From Thermoanaerobaculia bacterium (lineage in GTDB: Bacteria; Acidobacteriota; Thermoanaerobaculia; Multivoradales; Multivoraceae): DNA of 64,000 nt. A program made the position numbers and the translations under genes. Below are positions 51,733 through 61,746 of the stretch, piece after piece. Location of the stretch: NCBI GenBank assembly GCA_963664405.1, contig OY761158.1, positions 2,496,001 through 2,560,000 on the forward strand. Direction: 5' to 3'. Numbering within the stretch: the stretch's first letter is position 1; the number at the start of each line of letters is the position of its first letter. Under the pieces are notes generated by a model. That model was given only the letters and a program-made list of their open reading frames with translations. It had not been told where the DNA came from and searched no databases.

Positions 51733-53223
51733 TCAGGCACTTGCGAAGTGCTTCTCGAGACGAGCTACCACGTCCGGCTTGCTGGCGGCAATATTGTGGT
51801 CCTCGAGTGGGTCCGCCTCGGTGTCGAACAACATCTTCTTCTCCTCGAAGCCATCGACCAGCTTGTAGCGGTGGTCCTGCACCAAGCGGAACCGGCCGGA
51901 GGCGGCGTTGCCCGTCTGGAGCGCGGAGCGGAGATGCTCCCGATGCTCTCCCTTGCCGGAGTCGAGCACAGGCCGCAGCGAGCGACTATCCATGTCGTCG
52001 GGCACGGCGACCTCGGCGTAGTCGAGGCTGGTGGCAGCCAGGTCCATAAAGGAGACCAGGGAGTCGCTGCGGACACCCCTCGCGATTCCCGGGCCGGCCA
52101 TGACCAGCGGCACCCTCGCCGAGGCCTCGTGGGGAAGCGACTTGCCCCAGTAGTCGTGGTCGCCGAGCATCTCGCCGTGATCGCTGGTGTAGACGACGAT
52201 GGTGTCGTCCGCCTCGCCACGCTCCTCGAGCCGCTTCTGGTAGATGCCGAGCTGGCGGTCGATGTTCTCGATCATCGCCGCGTAGTTCTGGCGGATGCGG
52301 ATGTGGTGCTCCGGCGTGAAGGGGGACGGAGGAGCGAGCATCCGCCCGCCACGCCCGATGCCCTTGTAGTTATGCGGCTGCGGGAAGTCCTCGATCACCC
52401 GGTCGGGGCCACGGTACAGCCGCTCCATCCTGCGAGTGATGTCCATCGGCGGATGGGGTCCATTGAAGTTGACGATCAGAAACCACGGGCTCCCGTCCGG
52501 AGCACCGTCGAGGAGATCCAGCCCGGTGCGCGCCGTGTAGTTGGCTTTGTAGGCCTCGTCGCTGAGCGGCGTGGGCTCCGTCCTTCCCCACCAGTTGAGA
52601 TGCCGCGGTCTGGCGCGCTTGGCCATATCTTCCGCGTGGATCCTGAGCATGGGTGGGTCCAGCGATTGGAGGTAGTGCCCATAGGGATTGTCGAGCCCGG
52701 TCCCTTTGCTGCCGGTGATCAGCATGTCGGAGAAGCCCCACTCCTCCATGTGCAGCTTGCCGTCGGGAGTCCGCCCGTCCGCTCCTTTGTGCAGATCGAT
52801 CTTGCCGCAGGCCATGGTGTGGTAGCCGCTGTCGTGAAGGTGCTTGTAGAAGGTGGTCCGGTCAAGCGGCATCGCAACCGCGTTCGTCGGCGCCCCGCAG
52901 TTCTCATACTCCGCACCCAACGCCAGGCAAGACCGCGACGGTCCGCAAACCGGCGCCGCCACGATCGCCCGCGTGAAGTCGACGCCGCGTGCCGCCAGGG
53001 CATCGATGTTGGGTGTCGGGATCGGGATCTGCGGATTGCGTCCCAGCCAGTCGAAGCGGTGCTGGTCGGAAACGAGCATCAGGATATTGGGTCTCTTGGT
53101 CGAGCGCGGTCCCGGGATCTGAGCCGCGCCGGGGCCGGATAGAGCAGCCGTCGCGGTGGCCGCGGCGGCTCCCGCGAGGAAGTCGCGTCGAGAAGTGAGC
53201 TTCTGGCTGTTCTTTCTCTTCAT
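51733..53223 (-). CDS. Tat-exported sulfatase (choline-sulfatase-like)
   Basis: SRRDFLAG Tat motif, PNILMLVSDQHR, CGPSR, GPHPP, SDHGEMLGDH. Confidence 0.9.
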   Translation of the reverse strand: MKRKNSQKLTSRRDFLAGAAAATATAALSGPGAAQIPGPRSTKRPNILMLVSDQHRFDWLGRNPQIPIPTPNIDALAARGVDFTRAIVAAPVCGPSRSCLALGAEYENCGAPTNAVAMPLDRTTFYKHLHDSGYHTMACGKIDLHKGADGRTPDGKLHMEEWGFSDMLITGSKGTGLDNPYGHYLQSLDPPMLRIHAEDMAKRARPRHLNWWGRTEPTPLSDEAYKANYTARTGLDLLDGAPDGSPWFLIVNFNGPHPPMDITRRMERLYRGPDRVIEDFPQPHNYKGIGRGGRMLAPPSPFTPEHHIRIRQNYAAMIENIDRQLGIYQKRLEERGEADDTIVVYTSDHGEMLGDHDYWGKSLPHEASARVPLVMAGPGIARGVRSDSLVSFMDLAATSLDYAEVAVPDDMDSRSLRPVLDSGKGEHREHLRSALQTGNAASGRFRLVQDHRYKLVDGFEEKKMLFDTEADPLEDHNIAASKPDVVARLEKHFASA

Positions 53224-53264
53224 CTTGGACTCCTTCGCTTCCAGCATAGCGTAGCCGTGCGGGT

Positions 53265-55319
53265 CTAACGAGGGAGCGGAAGCGCGAAAGCCAGCAGCCA
53301 CGACTTCCTCGCCCCCGCCGCCGATGGTCTCGCGGAGTTTCTTTCAGGGCCGGCCTGCACGGCCCGCTCGATCGACATCCCGGGCCCGGGGGTCTCGCCA
53401 CCACCGGCGACCAGGATGTACTGACGCCCCTCGTGCATGTATGTCATCGGTGAGCTGTGCAGGGTTACCTCGCTCCTGACCTGTGCGATCAGCTCGCCGC
53501 TCGCCTTGTCATAGGCATCGAGGTAGCTGCCGTTCGCCGACCGATCACCGAGCTCGTCGACGATCGGCTCGATGGTGACGAGCAGTGTCTTGGTGACGAG
53601 CACTCCACCTTCAGCAACGATCCCCTGCTGCGGTGGCGTACCCAGACGGCCCAGATTCAGGTGCTTGATTGCGGGGTGGTTCCTCGGCCCTTCTCCGAGC
53701 GGCTCCTGCCAGACGATCTCACCCTTGTTGAGATCATATGCCGTAATGCGGCGGTAGGGAGGCTTGAGGATCTCCAGGCCCCGAACCGTGGGCATCGGCA
53801 GTCGTTTGTTGAGGAAGCGGAAGTCGGAGCGAGCCGGATCCGGCACGGAGAGTGAATGGGCTGCCGGCCGCTGTAGCGAGGGTACGTAGAGAAAGCCGGT
53901 CTCTGGGTCGAAAGAGGCACCGGGCCAGTTGGCGCCGCCGCCGGAGCCGGGAGCCTGGATAACTCCCTGCTTGCCGTCTTCGCCGTTGATGATGATCGGC
54001 GTGAAGATCGGGCCGATGACCCAATCCTGGAGGATCTCCAAGGCTTCGGCGCGCAGCTCGGGCGTGAAGTCGATCACGTCGTCCCAGTCGACTCCGAGGG
54101 TCTCGAAGGGCGGTGGCCGGGTCGGAAAGGGCTGCGTTCTCGACAACCTCTCCCCGGGGACTTGGGAGTGATAGTTGACCGGCGCTTCGACGATCGGCCA
54201 CACCGGCTCTCCTGTCACCCGATCGAAGACGTAGGTCATGCCCTGCTTCGAGACCTGTGCGACCGCTTTGATGTTCTTCTTGTCGACTGTGATGTCGACC
54301 AGATTGGGCGCCGAGACCAGGTCGTAGTCCCAGATCCCGTGATGCACCGCCTGGAAGTGCCAAACGCGCTCCCCGGTGCGTGCGTCGAGGCAGACGAGAG
54401 ACTCGGAGTAGACATTGTCACCCAAGCGCTCGCCGCCGTAGTAGTCGCTGGTGGCGGTGCCGAAGGGCAGATATACGTAGCCGAGCTCGTGGTCGACGCT
54501 CATCATCCCCCAGACGTTGGTGTTGCCCATGGTCTTCCAGGAGTCGTTCTCCCAGGTCTCGGTGTAGGGCTCGCCCTGTTGAGGAATGCTGTGGAAGGTC
54601 CATAAGAGCTCGCCTGTGCGGACGTCGAAACCGCGGATATGGCCAGGCGGGCTCGTGTTGCGTAAGGGGAAGTCGAAGATCGCCATGCCGACAACGATCG
54701 TGTCCTCGACCACGACCACGGGTGCCGTGTGGCTGATGCTCCGGTTGACGCGCCCCTCGGGGAGACCGATGTTGAGATCCACGACACCTTCAAGCCCGAA
54801 CTTCTCGTCGGGCTTCCCGGTCTCGGGGTCGATCGAGATCAGCTGGCGTCCGCGCGTCGCCAGGATCAGACGCTCGATCACGCCGTCGGTCCAGGACTCG
54901 ATGCCACGAACCTGTACGAATCCTCCGCTGTCGATCTTGTAGTCCAGCGGATCGTAGCGCCACAGCATCTCGCCGCTGGCCGGGTCGAGAGCAGCGACCT
55001 GAGCCATGCCCGTCGGCATGTAGACGACGCCGTCCTTCATCAGCGGCGTGCCCCGTAGGTGGAACGGACGGATCTCGGTCTCGCTCTCCAGCAGAGCGTC
55101 CGCCGACTCCCATCGCCACGCGATCTCGAGGTCCTCGAAATTATCGCGGTCGATCTGCTCGAGCGGCGAGTACTTCGTCGAACCGCTGTCGCCGGCGTAG
55201 TGCGGCCACTCACCGCCTTCAGTTCCTCGCTGTGCCGAAACGGGCAAGCCAATCAACACGACCAGCAGTCCCACTAGCCGAAGCCGAGTCCAACGACCAC
55301 CTGCTCGGAGGAGACATAC
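53265..55319 (-). CDS. PQQ-dependent quinoprotein (glucose dehydrogenase-like); start uncertain
   Basis: EWPHYAGD..STKYSPLEQI, GHIRGFDVRTG, HFQAVHHGIWDYD, GGANWPG, SSPMTYMHEGRQYI. Confidence 0.88.
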   Translation of the reverse strand, partial: VCLLRAGGRWTRLRLVGLLVVLIGLPVSAQRGTEGGEWPHYAGDSGSTKYSPLEQIDRDNFEDLEIAWRWESADALLESETEIRPFHLRGTPLMKDGVVYMPTGMAQVAALDPASGEMLWRYDPLDYKIDSGGFVQVRGIESWTDGVIERLILATRGRQLISIDPETGKPDEKFGLEGVVDLNIGLPEGRVNRSISHTAPVVVVEDTIVVGMAIFDFPLRNTSPPGHIRGFDVRTGELLWTFHSIPQQGEPYTETWENDSWKTMGNTNVWGMMSVDHELGYVYLPFGTATSDYYGGERLGDNVYSESLVCLDARTGERVWHFQAVHHGIWDYDLVSAPNLVDITVDKKNIKAVAQVSKQGMTYVFDRVTGEPVWPIVEAPVNYHSQVPGERLSRTQPFPTRPPPFETLGVDWDDVIDFTPELRAEALEILQDWVIGPIFTPIIINGEDGKQGVIQAPGSGGGANWPGASFDPETGFLYVPSLQRPAAHSLSVPDPARSDFRFLNKRLPMPTVRGLEILKPPYRRITAYDLNKGEIVWQEPLGEGPRNHPAIKHLNLGRLGTPPQQGIVAEGGVLVTKTLLVTIEPIVDELGDRSANGSYLDAYDKASGELIAQVRSEVTLHSSPMTYMHEGRQYILVAGGGETPGPGMSIERAVQAGPERNSARPSAAGARKSWLLAFALPLPR

Positions 55320-55348
55320 CTTCCCCTCGGCAGCCTTCAGCTGGCCGC

Positions 55349-57430
55349 TCAGGGTAGATACCAGATCGGGGAAGACCAGGCGCGCTCCTGGAGGGTGGCG
55401 TGGAGAGCCGGGTTGGGGGCAACGCCGGCGCGGACCGCGTCCCATGTCGACCAGCGGCAGGTGGGGTTCTCGAGCACTCGCACATAGTAGACGGCGCGCT
55501 GGCCCGGCACGAACGAGGGATCGCTCCACACCACCGATAGCTGCGCAGCGCCGCGATCCTGCGATACGTCGCAATTGGTGAGATCGACGGTGGCTCCGTT
55601 GTCGGGGCAGCGGTGAGTGGAAGGGTCTACTGTGGCGCTGTCGGAACAGACGACGTCGAAGACCTGCTCACGTGCCTTGCCGTCCTCTACCCATCCCTTG
55701 ACCACCTGCGCGCGCTGGAGCGGTGCCGAGGCCGGATCCCGCAGCGCCCGCACCAGGAAGCGCGGCGCGTCTCCGGCGCGGGCGACAAGGTCGCCTCCCA
55801 TGGGCACTCCGTCGGCGTAGGCCTTTGCCGCCGCTTCGGGATCCTCGGCCAGCGCCTCGGCGAAGTCGAAACCTGCGAAGAAGCGAACGCGGATCCGGGG
55901 CCCGCTGGTCGCGAAGGTCTCCTTGCGCCGGAAGGCATCGTAGATCGCCTCGCGCGTGTTCTCTTCCGCCCACACCGCGGCGAGGCCCGACGCTCCCCAG
56001 GCGCCGTAGTAGGTCTCGGCATACGCCGATCCGCTGGCGGTCGGGCTGTCGAGCGGGACCGAGCCGCGCTGCTGCGCTGTGCCGTCGAGCTTTGCCACCT
56101 TCGAGAAGAAGTTCGACTCGTCGAAAGAGCCTGCCGCGTTGTGCGTGTCGCTCGAGCCGATGAGCCCGAACCTGAAGGGGTTGAAGCCCCCGGAGGCCTC
56201 GAGCTCGAGTCCGTGCAGGTAAGCCTCGCGCACATAGCTTCCAGGCACATCGCTCGGAAGGGAGGAGCCCACCCGTAGTTTCATGATCTCGAAGTCCGCC
56301 CACTCGTCGTTGGGCGACAGCATGGGGTGGGTGTCGGAGGTCCCCTTCACCTGGGTCACTTCGACCAGCGGCTCGTTGCGCATACGCAGGTCCGCGTAGT
56401 CGGCGCCGAGCGGCCCACCCTCGAAGGCCTCGAGTAGGAACATCTGGCCGTTCGAGCCGTTCGAGTTGTGGGGTATGGCAAGGCCTTCGATGCCTTCGGC
56501 ACGCAAGGTGTCGAGCCAGGCCCACAGATCCTCGGGGTTGACCGAGTCCTCCGCCGAGAACGGCAGCTCCGGTCCCTTGCCCCGGAAGATGACGTTGCGG
56601 TGAAGGTTCTGAGGATCGGCTTCTCTGCCATACGAAGAATACTCGTAGCCGATGAAGGTGGTGAAGGTTCCGGGATCGTAGTGGCGCTCGGCGGCTGCCA
56701 TCTCCTCCGTCCACGCCGAGAGGTGGGCCGGCTCGAAGCCGGCGAGGATCTGATTGAGCTCTCCACTCGCGCGCACTTCGCGCATCCTCACCAGCACCTT
56801 GCGGATCGGCCCTTCCTCGGTAGCCGCCACTACCTGCCGCGCCCACTCGGTCTGGGAGACGGGACCCGACGGATCCTCGAACGAGGAGAACACGCCAAGG
56901 AGCTCGCCATGATCGGTCACCGCCATGAAGTCGAGGGGTTCGGAGAGTTTGAGCTCCATGCCCTTGGCGTGAGCGATCGGCTCGCCTTTGGCGAAACGAT
57001 AAGCGTCGTCAGGGGTCGCGCGGTTGTTGAAGATGAAGGCGTCGGTCGAGAAGCGGGTGTGTACGTGGAGGTCACCGAAGTAGGCCTGGCGCTTTGTATC
57101 CGCCCCTCCGTGTTCTCTCGCCTCGCTGGGTGAGACGGGCGAGGTTGTGGCGGTCTCGTCGAGCGCGCAGGCGCCAGTGAGCGCAGCGGCGACGACCACC
57201 CCGAGGATGGGCGCCAGAAGCCTAGACCAGCGTTTCCAAAGTTCGCGCACATATCTCGGCCCCTTCTGTCCGCTGGCGGCGTTTCGCCTCCTCGACATAT
57301 TGCCCAATATGCCTGCGTCGGCGCGCCTGGCCAGCGAACAGAATGACCTCGAGCTATGCAGCACGAACTTTGGAAACGCTGGTCTAGTCATCTCGAGAGG
57401 CAGCGTTCGACCCATCGATCTCGGCTCCAT
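55349..57430 (-). CDS. DUF3604 PHP-fold lipoprotein-like protein with a 54-aa in-frame MITE insertion
   Basis: GGAGGAGG RBS; FGDLHVHT, DFMAVTDH, NLHRNVIF, IPHNSNGSNG, GSSDTH, AWSSPIWY; lipobox-like LTGAC. Confidence 0.88.
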   Translation of the reverse strand: MEPRSMGRTLPLEMTRPAFPKFVLHSSRSFCSLARRADAGILGNMSRRRNAASGQKGPRYVRELWKRWSRLLAPILGVVVAAALTGACALDETATTSPVSPSEAREHGGADTKRQAYFGDLHVHTRFSTDAFIFNNRATPDDAYRFAKGEPIAHAKGMELKLSEPLDFMAVTDHGELLGVFSSFEDPSGPVSQTEWARQVVAATEEGPIRKVLVRMREVRASGELNQILAGFEPAHLSAWTEEMAAAERHYDPGTFTTFIGYEYSSYGREADPQNLHRNVIFRGKGPELPFSAEDSVNPEDLWAWLDTLRAEGIEGLAIPHNSNGSNGQMFLLEAFEGGPLGADYADLRMRNEPLVEVTQVKGTSDTHPMLSPNDEWADFEIMKLRVGSSLPSDVPGSYVREAYLHGLELEASGGFNPFRFGLIGSSDTHNAAGSFDESNFFSKVAKLDGTAQQRGSVPLDSPTASGSAYAETYYGAWGASGLAAVWAEENTREAIYDAFRRKETFATSGPRIRVRFFAGFDFAEALAEDPEAAAKAYADGVPMGGDLVARAGDAPRFLVRALRDPASAPLQRAQVVKGWVEDGKAREQVFDVVCSDSATVDPSTHRCPDNGATVDLTNCDVSQDRGAAQLSVVWSDPSFVPGQRAVYYVRVLENPTCRWSTWDAVRAGVAPNPALHATLQERAWSSPIWYLP
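57222..57387 (+). mobile_element. Palindromic MITE copy 7 (166 bp), intragenic and in frame
   Basis: Removing 162 nt restores ATG ACT AGG CTT CTG GCG (MTRLLA...). Confidence 0.92.
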
Positions 57431-57489
57431 GGTCCTCCTCCGTTCGCACGTCAGTATTCCTACCCGCGGTCCCGCTCGCGATCCGGCGT

Positions 57490-58473
57490 CTAGGCCGACT
57501 TCTGCTCCCCGGCACGCGCCGCTCCTTCAAACATCTTCCCGTTCGTCTCTCGGAGCAATTCCGCAAGCTCCAAGCTCAACGCATCTCTTCCGGCTTGGGC
57601 TCGAGAATCTTCAGGATGATAAGCGAGCTCTGTTTCGGGATCACCGGCAATACGAGTTGCTGTCAAGACTCGCGGCTGGCTGTAGTCGTAGGACCGCGCG
57701 CGGTGCAGTAACGCTCGGTTGTCCCACAATAGCGTGTCGCCCACTTGCCACTTGTGGGTGTACACCCGGCGCTCGTCCGCTACCACAAAGTCCAACAAGT
57801 TCCGTAGAAGCGCGCGGCTCTCTTGCCGCTCGAGACCAGGGATGCCGAACGCATGTCGCCCGATGAACAGACTCCTCACACCGGTCTCTGGATGCGTCTT
57901 CGCCAGCGGCCGCAGGTACGCCTCCCCGTGATAAATCGTGTCTTCTTTCTGTGGCGGAAAGTCGCCAACGTCGTTGGCTTGTGAGTATTGCGTGGAGTGA
58001 TACGCACTCAGGCTTTCGATCCGGTCCTTCGTCGTCTGGTCCAGCGCGGCGTAACCGGCGCGGGTGTCCGCCAGTTCGGTTTCGCCGCCCTCGTCCGGTA
58101 CGGTGACTGCGGAGAGCATGGCGCACTTGCTACTAACGGGCCAATAGCTGGAGTCGGTATGCCAGGTCTCATTGCCCACATTGGTGCGCATGCGCTGGGT
58201 CTGCAGGTCGAACACCTGGCCGTAGGAGCCGTCGTCGTGCTTTTCCTGATTGGCCATCGGCAGACCGCCAAACTCCAGATCCCCGAAGCGTCTACCGAAG
58301 GCAACGTTTTCTTCCACCGTCAAATGCTGGTCAGGAAAGATGAGGAAACCATAGTTCAGAAAGCCTGCATGGATCTCGGCAAACTCGACTTCGCTGAGCG
58401 AGGGTAGTTTGACGTTGCTAACTACAGCGCCAAAAACCTTGTTCTCGATCGGAGTGATTGTGATTCCAGTCAT
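57490..58473 (-). CDS. TauD/TfdA alpha-ketoglutarate-dependent dioxygenase
   Basis: WHTDSSY, GGETELAD, HPETG, WDNRALLHR. Confidence 0.9.
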   Translation of the reverse strand: MTGITITPIENKVFGAVVSNVKLPSLSEVEFAEIHAGFLNYGFLIFPDQHLTVEENVAFGRRFGDLEFGGLPMANQEKHDDGSYGQVFDLQTQRMRTNVGNETWHTDSSYWPVSSKCAMLSAVTVPDEGGETELADTRAGYAALDQTTKDRIESLSAYHSTQYSQANDVGDFPPQKEDTIYHGEAYLRPLAKTHPETGVRSLFIGRHAFGIPGLERQESRALLRNLLDFVVADERRVYTHKWQVGDTLLWDNRALLHRARSYDYSQPRVLTATRIAGDPETELAYHPEDSRAQAGRDALSLELAELLRETNGKMFEGAARAGEQKSA

Positions 58474-58633
58474 ACAGATCCTCTTCGTGGAGGATTCAAC
58501 AGTGAATCCGCGACGCGCACCATGATAATTCATCGTGACCATCCGGTCGGTTGTCATCGATAGACGTAATCGCTACATTGTTCCCTCATCCAGGCCTTTC
58601 CAGCCAGGTCAGCGAAACGAAGGGAGGTCCACA

Positions 58634-59467
58634 ATGCAACCTCGGGTGCCAGATGCCTGGTTTGCTCTACTGCTGGTGTCTTTCATCACCACCGCGGCTA
58701 CGGCCCAATCCTCGAGCCCCCATGTGCTGCCGGAGTCTCTGAAAGCCAAGCTGAGCGCGGAGGATCAAGAGCTCTTCGCTCGCCTCATCAACATCAACAT
58801 CGAATCGGCATGGGGATACATGAGGACCCGCGGCTACCCGCGTAACTTCGTCAGCAGTATTCGTCCAGTCGAGCCGAGCATGCGCTTCGCGGGACGCGCA
58901 CGCACGATGCGTTACCTTCCCTACCGTCAGGATCTGGCCGATCGCTTCGATGGCCTTCAGCTCAACTATCGCTCCGCCGAGGATACCGAGCCAGGGGACG
59001 TACTCGTCTTCGATTGTGGCGGTGAGCTCGAAGCCTCTCCCAGCGGCGATGTCACCTCCACCCGGGCCATGGTCCGGGGCGCTTCGGGAATCGTGGTGGA
59101 TGGCGCCATGCGCGACGTGCCCGCATTCGTGGAGATGGGCTTGCCGCTCTTCACCCTGGAGGGACGCGGTCACGCCTCCGCGGTGAAGCCCCTCATGGTG
59201 AGCTGGGATTATCAGGTTCCGGTCCGCATCGGCGACGTCACCGTCATTCCCGGAGACTATCTGGTGGGCGCCCTACACGGCGTCCTGGTCATCCCCTCCC
59301 ACATCGTCCACGAGGTGCTGGAGTACAGCGAGGACCATAGCGAGCGAGAGGCCTTTCAGCGCATGTTGTTGCTCAACGGCGAGTCGATAATAGGCGTCTA
59401 TCCTCCGAACGAAGAAACGCTGAAGCGCTTCGAGGAGTGGAAGAAGAAGAAAGGGAGGCAACCATGA
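58634..59467 (+). CDS. RraA/HMG-aldolase family protein with signal-like N-terminus
   Basis: FAGRARTMRY, GDV, GIVVDGAMRD, VPVRIGDVTVIPGDYLVG. Confidence 0.82.
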   Translation: MQPRVPDAWFALLLVSFITTAATAQSSSPHVLPESLKAKLSAEDQELFARLININIESAWGYMRTRGYPRNFVSSIRPVEPSMRFAGRARTMRYLPYRQDLADRFDGLQLNYRSAEDTEPGDVLVFDCGGELEASPSGDVTSTRAMVRGASGIVVDGAMRDVPAFVEMGLPLFTLEGRGHASAVKPLMVSWDYQVPVRIGDVTVIPGDYLVGALHGVLVIPSHIVHEVLEYSEDHSEREAFQRMLLLNGESIIGVYPPNEETLKRFEEWKKKKGRQP

Positions 59468-59506
59468 AAGAGGATCGAGCCGTCGGAGAAGGTGCCTCGT
59501 GGCGGA

Positions 59507-59551
59507 CCTGAACGATTCAGGTACACTGAACGCAAGTGAACGAAGTTGAAT
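59507..59551 (+). promoter_or_regulatory. Putative promoter/operator of the RHH-RelE/ParE operon
   Basis: CCTGAA-CGA-TTCAGG palindrome, TACACT -10-like box, TGAAC repeats at 59509, 59527, 59537 and TGAAT at 59547. Confidence 0.5.
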
Positions 59552-59564
59552 CCAGGAGGTTGCC

Positions 59565-59828
59565 ATGCCTACCATGACCCTTCGGCTCGACGAGAAGACC
59601 CACCAACGACTCGATCGCCTCGCGAAGTCGACCCACCGCTCGAAGTCCTTTCTGGCGATTCAGGCCTTGACCGAGTACCTCGAAATGAACGAGTGGCAGG
59701 TGGAAGAGATCCGGAAAACCCTGGCGGCCGTGGATAGCGCGCCCGCCTCCGATTTCGTCGAGCATGGTCAGGTCGCCGCCTGGCTCGAGTCCTGGGGCAG
59801 TGACGAGGAAGGGAAACCGCCTCGTTGA
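59565..59828 (+). CDS. CopG/RHH antitoxin
   Basis: TMTLRLDEKTHQRLDRLAKSTHRSKSFLAIQALTEYL...WLESWG. Confidence 0.88.
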   Translation: MPTMTLRLDEKTHQRLDRLAKSTHRSKSFLAIQALTEYLEMNEWQVEEIRKTLAAVDSAPASDFVEHGQVAAWLESWGSDEEGKPPR

Positions 59829-60127
59829 GGATCGTCTGGTTCCGTAGCGCCATCCTCGATCTCGAAGAGGCTCGGGCATACATCGCGAGCGACGATCCGG
59901 AAACCGCACATCGAGTCGCCTCCCGCATCCTCAACGCAACAGACCGACTCCCAGAGCGTCCCGGAATCGGACGTCCGGGCCGAGTCCCTGGAACGCGTGA
60001 ATTGGTCGTTCAACAAACGCCCTATCTGATTCCCTATCGGGTTCGGGATGGCGTAATCGAGATTCTCCGCGTCTTCCACGCACGGCGCCGCTGGCCGGAT
60101 CGCCGTCCTCGGCGTGAGGGGCGTTGA
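59825..60127 (+). CDS. RelE/ParE family toxin
   Basis: AILDLEEARAYIA...GRPGRVPGTRELVV..TPYLIPYRV...EILRVFHARR. Confidence 0.9.
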   Translation: MRIVWFRSAILDLEEARAYIASDDPETAHRVASRILNATDRLPERPGIGRPGRVPGTRELVVQQTPYLIPYRVRDGVIEILRVFHARRRWPDRRPRREGR

Positions 60128-60231
60128 ACCACACCGTCAGAGCAAACGGTTCGGCCGCGCTCTCGATGAACTCGGCCGCCTTCCTGGCGGTGTAGTCTGT
60201 GGCATGGATCTCTTCGCCTTCCCGTACCTAG

Positions 60232-61746
60232 CCCCAATTCGCGAATAAATCAGGCGGCTCGGAGGGCTTTAGCGACTCTTTGGAAGTCTTGTTGAGCGGC
60301 GGCTGAAGTGCCGAGGTCGAGGGTGATTCGGCCAGCAGGGTGAAGGAGGACGCCGGCTCGGCCGAGGAGTTTGAATCGCAGGGTGTGGATGGTTTCGAAG
60401 CGATGCAGAGTTCTCCGTTTGCGAGTCCGTGAGCGGGGCTGCGGGCGTGCCGCGACCTGAAACGACCGGGCGAGGTTGAAGGCGAGGACGCTGAGCACTT
60501 GCCAGGCAGCATTGGCCGCTGCCTTGAGACTGGGGACACAGTTGAACGCGAAGCCGTTGCGTAACTCAGCGTAGGCCTTCTCGTGGGTCCCTCGACCGTT
60601 GAGGAAGTGCCACAGATTCCGGCCGTTCAGCTGTTTGTTGGTGGTGATCGCCGAGTACTCGTAGTGGCCGTCGTCGGGGTCGAACAGGTCGAGCTGGAAG
60701 TTCTTGCGCGTCTCGTGAGCCACCCGCTTGCGGTAGAGCACGATGCGGCGCACCTGGTTCCAGGCGGCCACCCGAGTGCGGGTCTCACAAAAGCTCACCG
60801 TGTCGTCGATGCGGATCCACTTCGCAGCCTGAGCCACCGCCGCCTTCAGGTGCAGCCAGGGGTAGAACGGGACCTTGATCGCGTACTCCGCCCTCGCCGA
60901 GTCCAGGAACTCCAAGACATCCCGGCGAAAGAACGCCCCGTCCATGCGGAACTCCAGGCGTACGCCACGATCGACCGTGGCGCGAATCTGGTCGAGAAGC
61001 GCTGAGAGAAAGTTAAGAGACGCTTTTCCATCGTGCACGTTGCCTGGGCGGTTCTCGACCCGCAGGATCTGACCCGACTGCGCCTCGTAGGCGGTGATCG
61101 GGTAGTAGCTCGGAACCTTCCGGTGGTGAGGGTTGAAGCCACGCTTCGCTCCTTCGACCGTCTGTCCGGTCGACACCACCGAGCCGTCGACATCGATCGT
61201 CAAACGCGCCAGTCTCGCCTTCTGAAGAGCCTCGCCCACCACCTCAGAGTTCAGCCGCACCCAACGCGCCACGTGACTCTCAGACAGTTGCGCCAGCCAC
61301 CCGCTCACGGTCCTCGGCGACGGCAGTCGGCGGAGTCCGGCGAACCGGGCCAAGATCGGATCCGACTGCACGTAGCGAAGGTGCCAGATCCGCCGACCGC
61401 CGACCCTCAGAAGGCCAAGCAGCACAAGGAGCATCGGAACGGTGCCGAAGTCGCTTCTCGGGAACGACCTTCCGACCCACCGCCGAAGCCGCTCGCGAAA
61501 CCTCCGCCTCTGAAGGAAGTCCCGGAACAGCTCCAATCCGGCGTGCGAAGTAACTTGCTGCAGGCCGCACCGGTACTCGACCCGACCGTTGACCCGACCC
61601 CTGAGATCTGCTCTGCTTAACCGCACTGAGAGTGCCCTTTCGTTGTGGTGACTTCTTTCGGCTTTGACACCCGAAGTACACCACAGCGGAGGGCCCTTTC
61701 GCTTCTTAGACCACCAGATCAGACCGCTCTTTTTCGCGAATTGGGG
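60232..61746 (-). mobile_element. IS1380-family element
   Basis: IR CCCCAATTCGCGAA / TTCGCGAATTGGGG; flanks CTAG and CTAT (exact end and TSD ambiguous by 1-3 nt). Confidence 0.88.
60250..61626 (-). CDS. IS1380-family transposase
   Basis: TSHAGL, TIDVDGSV, SYYP, RPGNVHD, FRMDGAFF, RGTHEKAYAELR. Confidence 0.9.
   Translation of the reverse strand: MRLSRADLRGRVNGRVEYRCGLQQVTSHAGLELFRDFLQRRRFRERLRRWVGRSFPRSDFGTVPMLLVLLGLLRVGGRRIWHLRYVQSDPILARFAGLRRLPSPRTVSGWLAQLSESHVARWVRLNSEVVGEALQKARLARLTIDVDGSVVSTGQTVEGAKRGFNPHHRKVPSYYPITAYEAQSGQILRVENRPGNVHDGKASLNFLSALLDQIRATVDRGVRLEFRMDGAFFRRDVLEFLDSARAEYAIKVPFYPWLHLKAAVAQAAKWIRIDDTVSFCETRTRVAAWNQVRRIVLYRKRVAHETRKNFQLDLFDPDDGHYEYSAITTNKQLNGRNLWHFLNGRGTHEKAYAELRNGFAFNCVPSLKAAANAAWQVLSVLAFNLARSFQVAARPQPRSRTRKRRTLHRFETIHTLRFKLLGRAGVLLHPAGRITLDLGTSAAAQQDFQRVAKALRAA

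Noticed and set aside
51214-53142. Long antisense ORFs (also 6158-7372, 7808-9211, 16769-18601, 30407-32026, 38804-40117)
   Set aside because: They lie opposite recognisable genes, have no motifs, and are expected in high-GC DNA.
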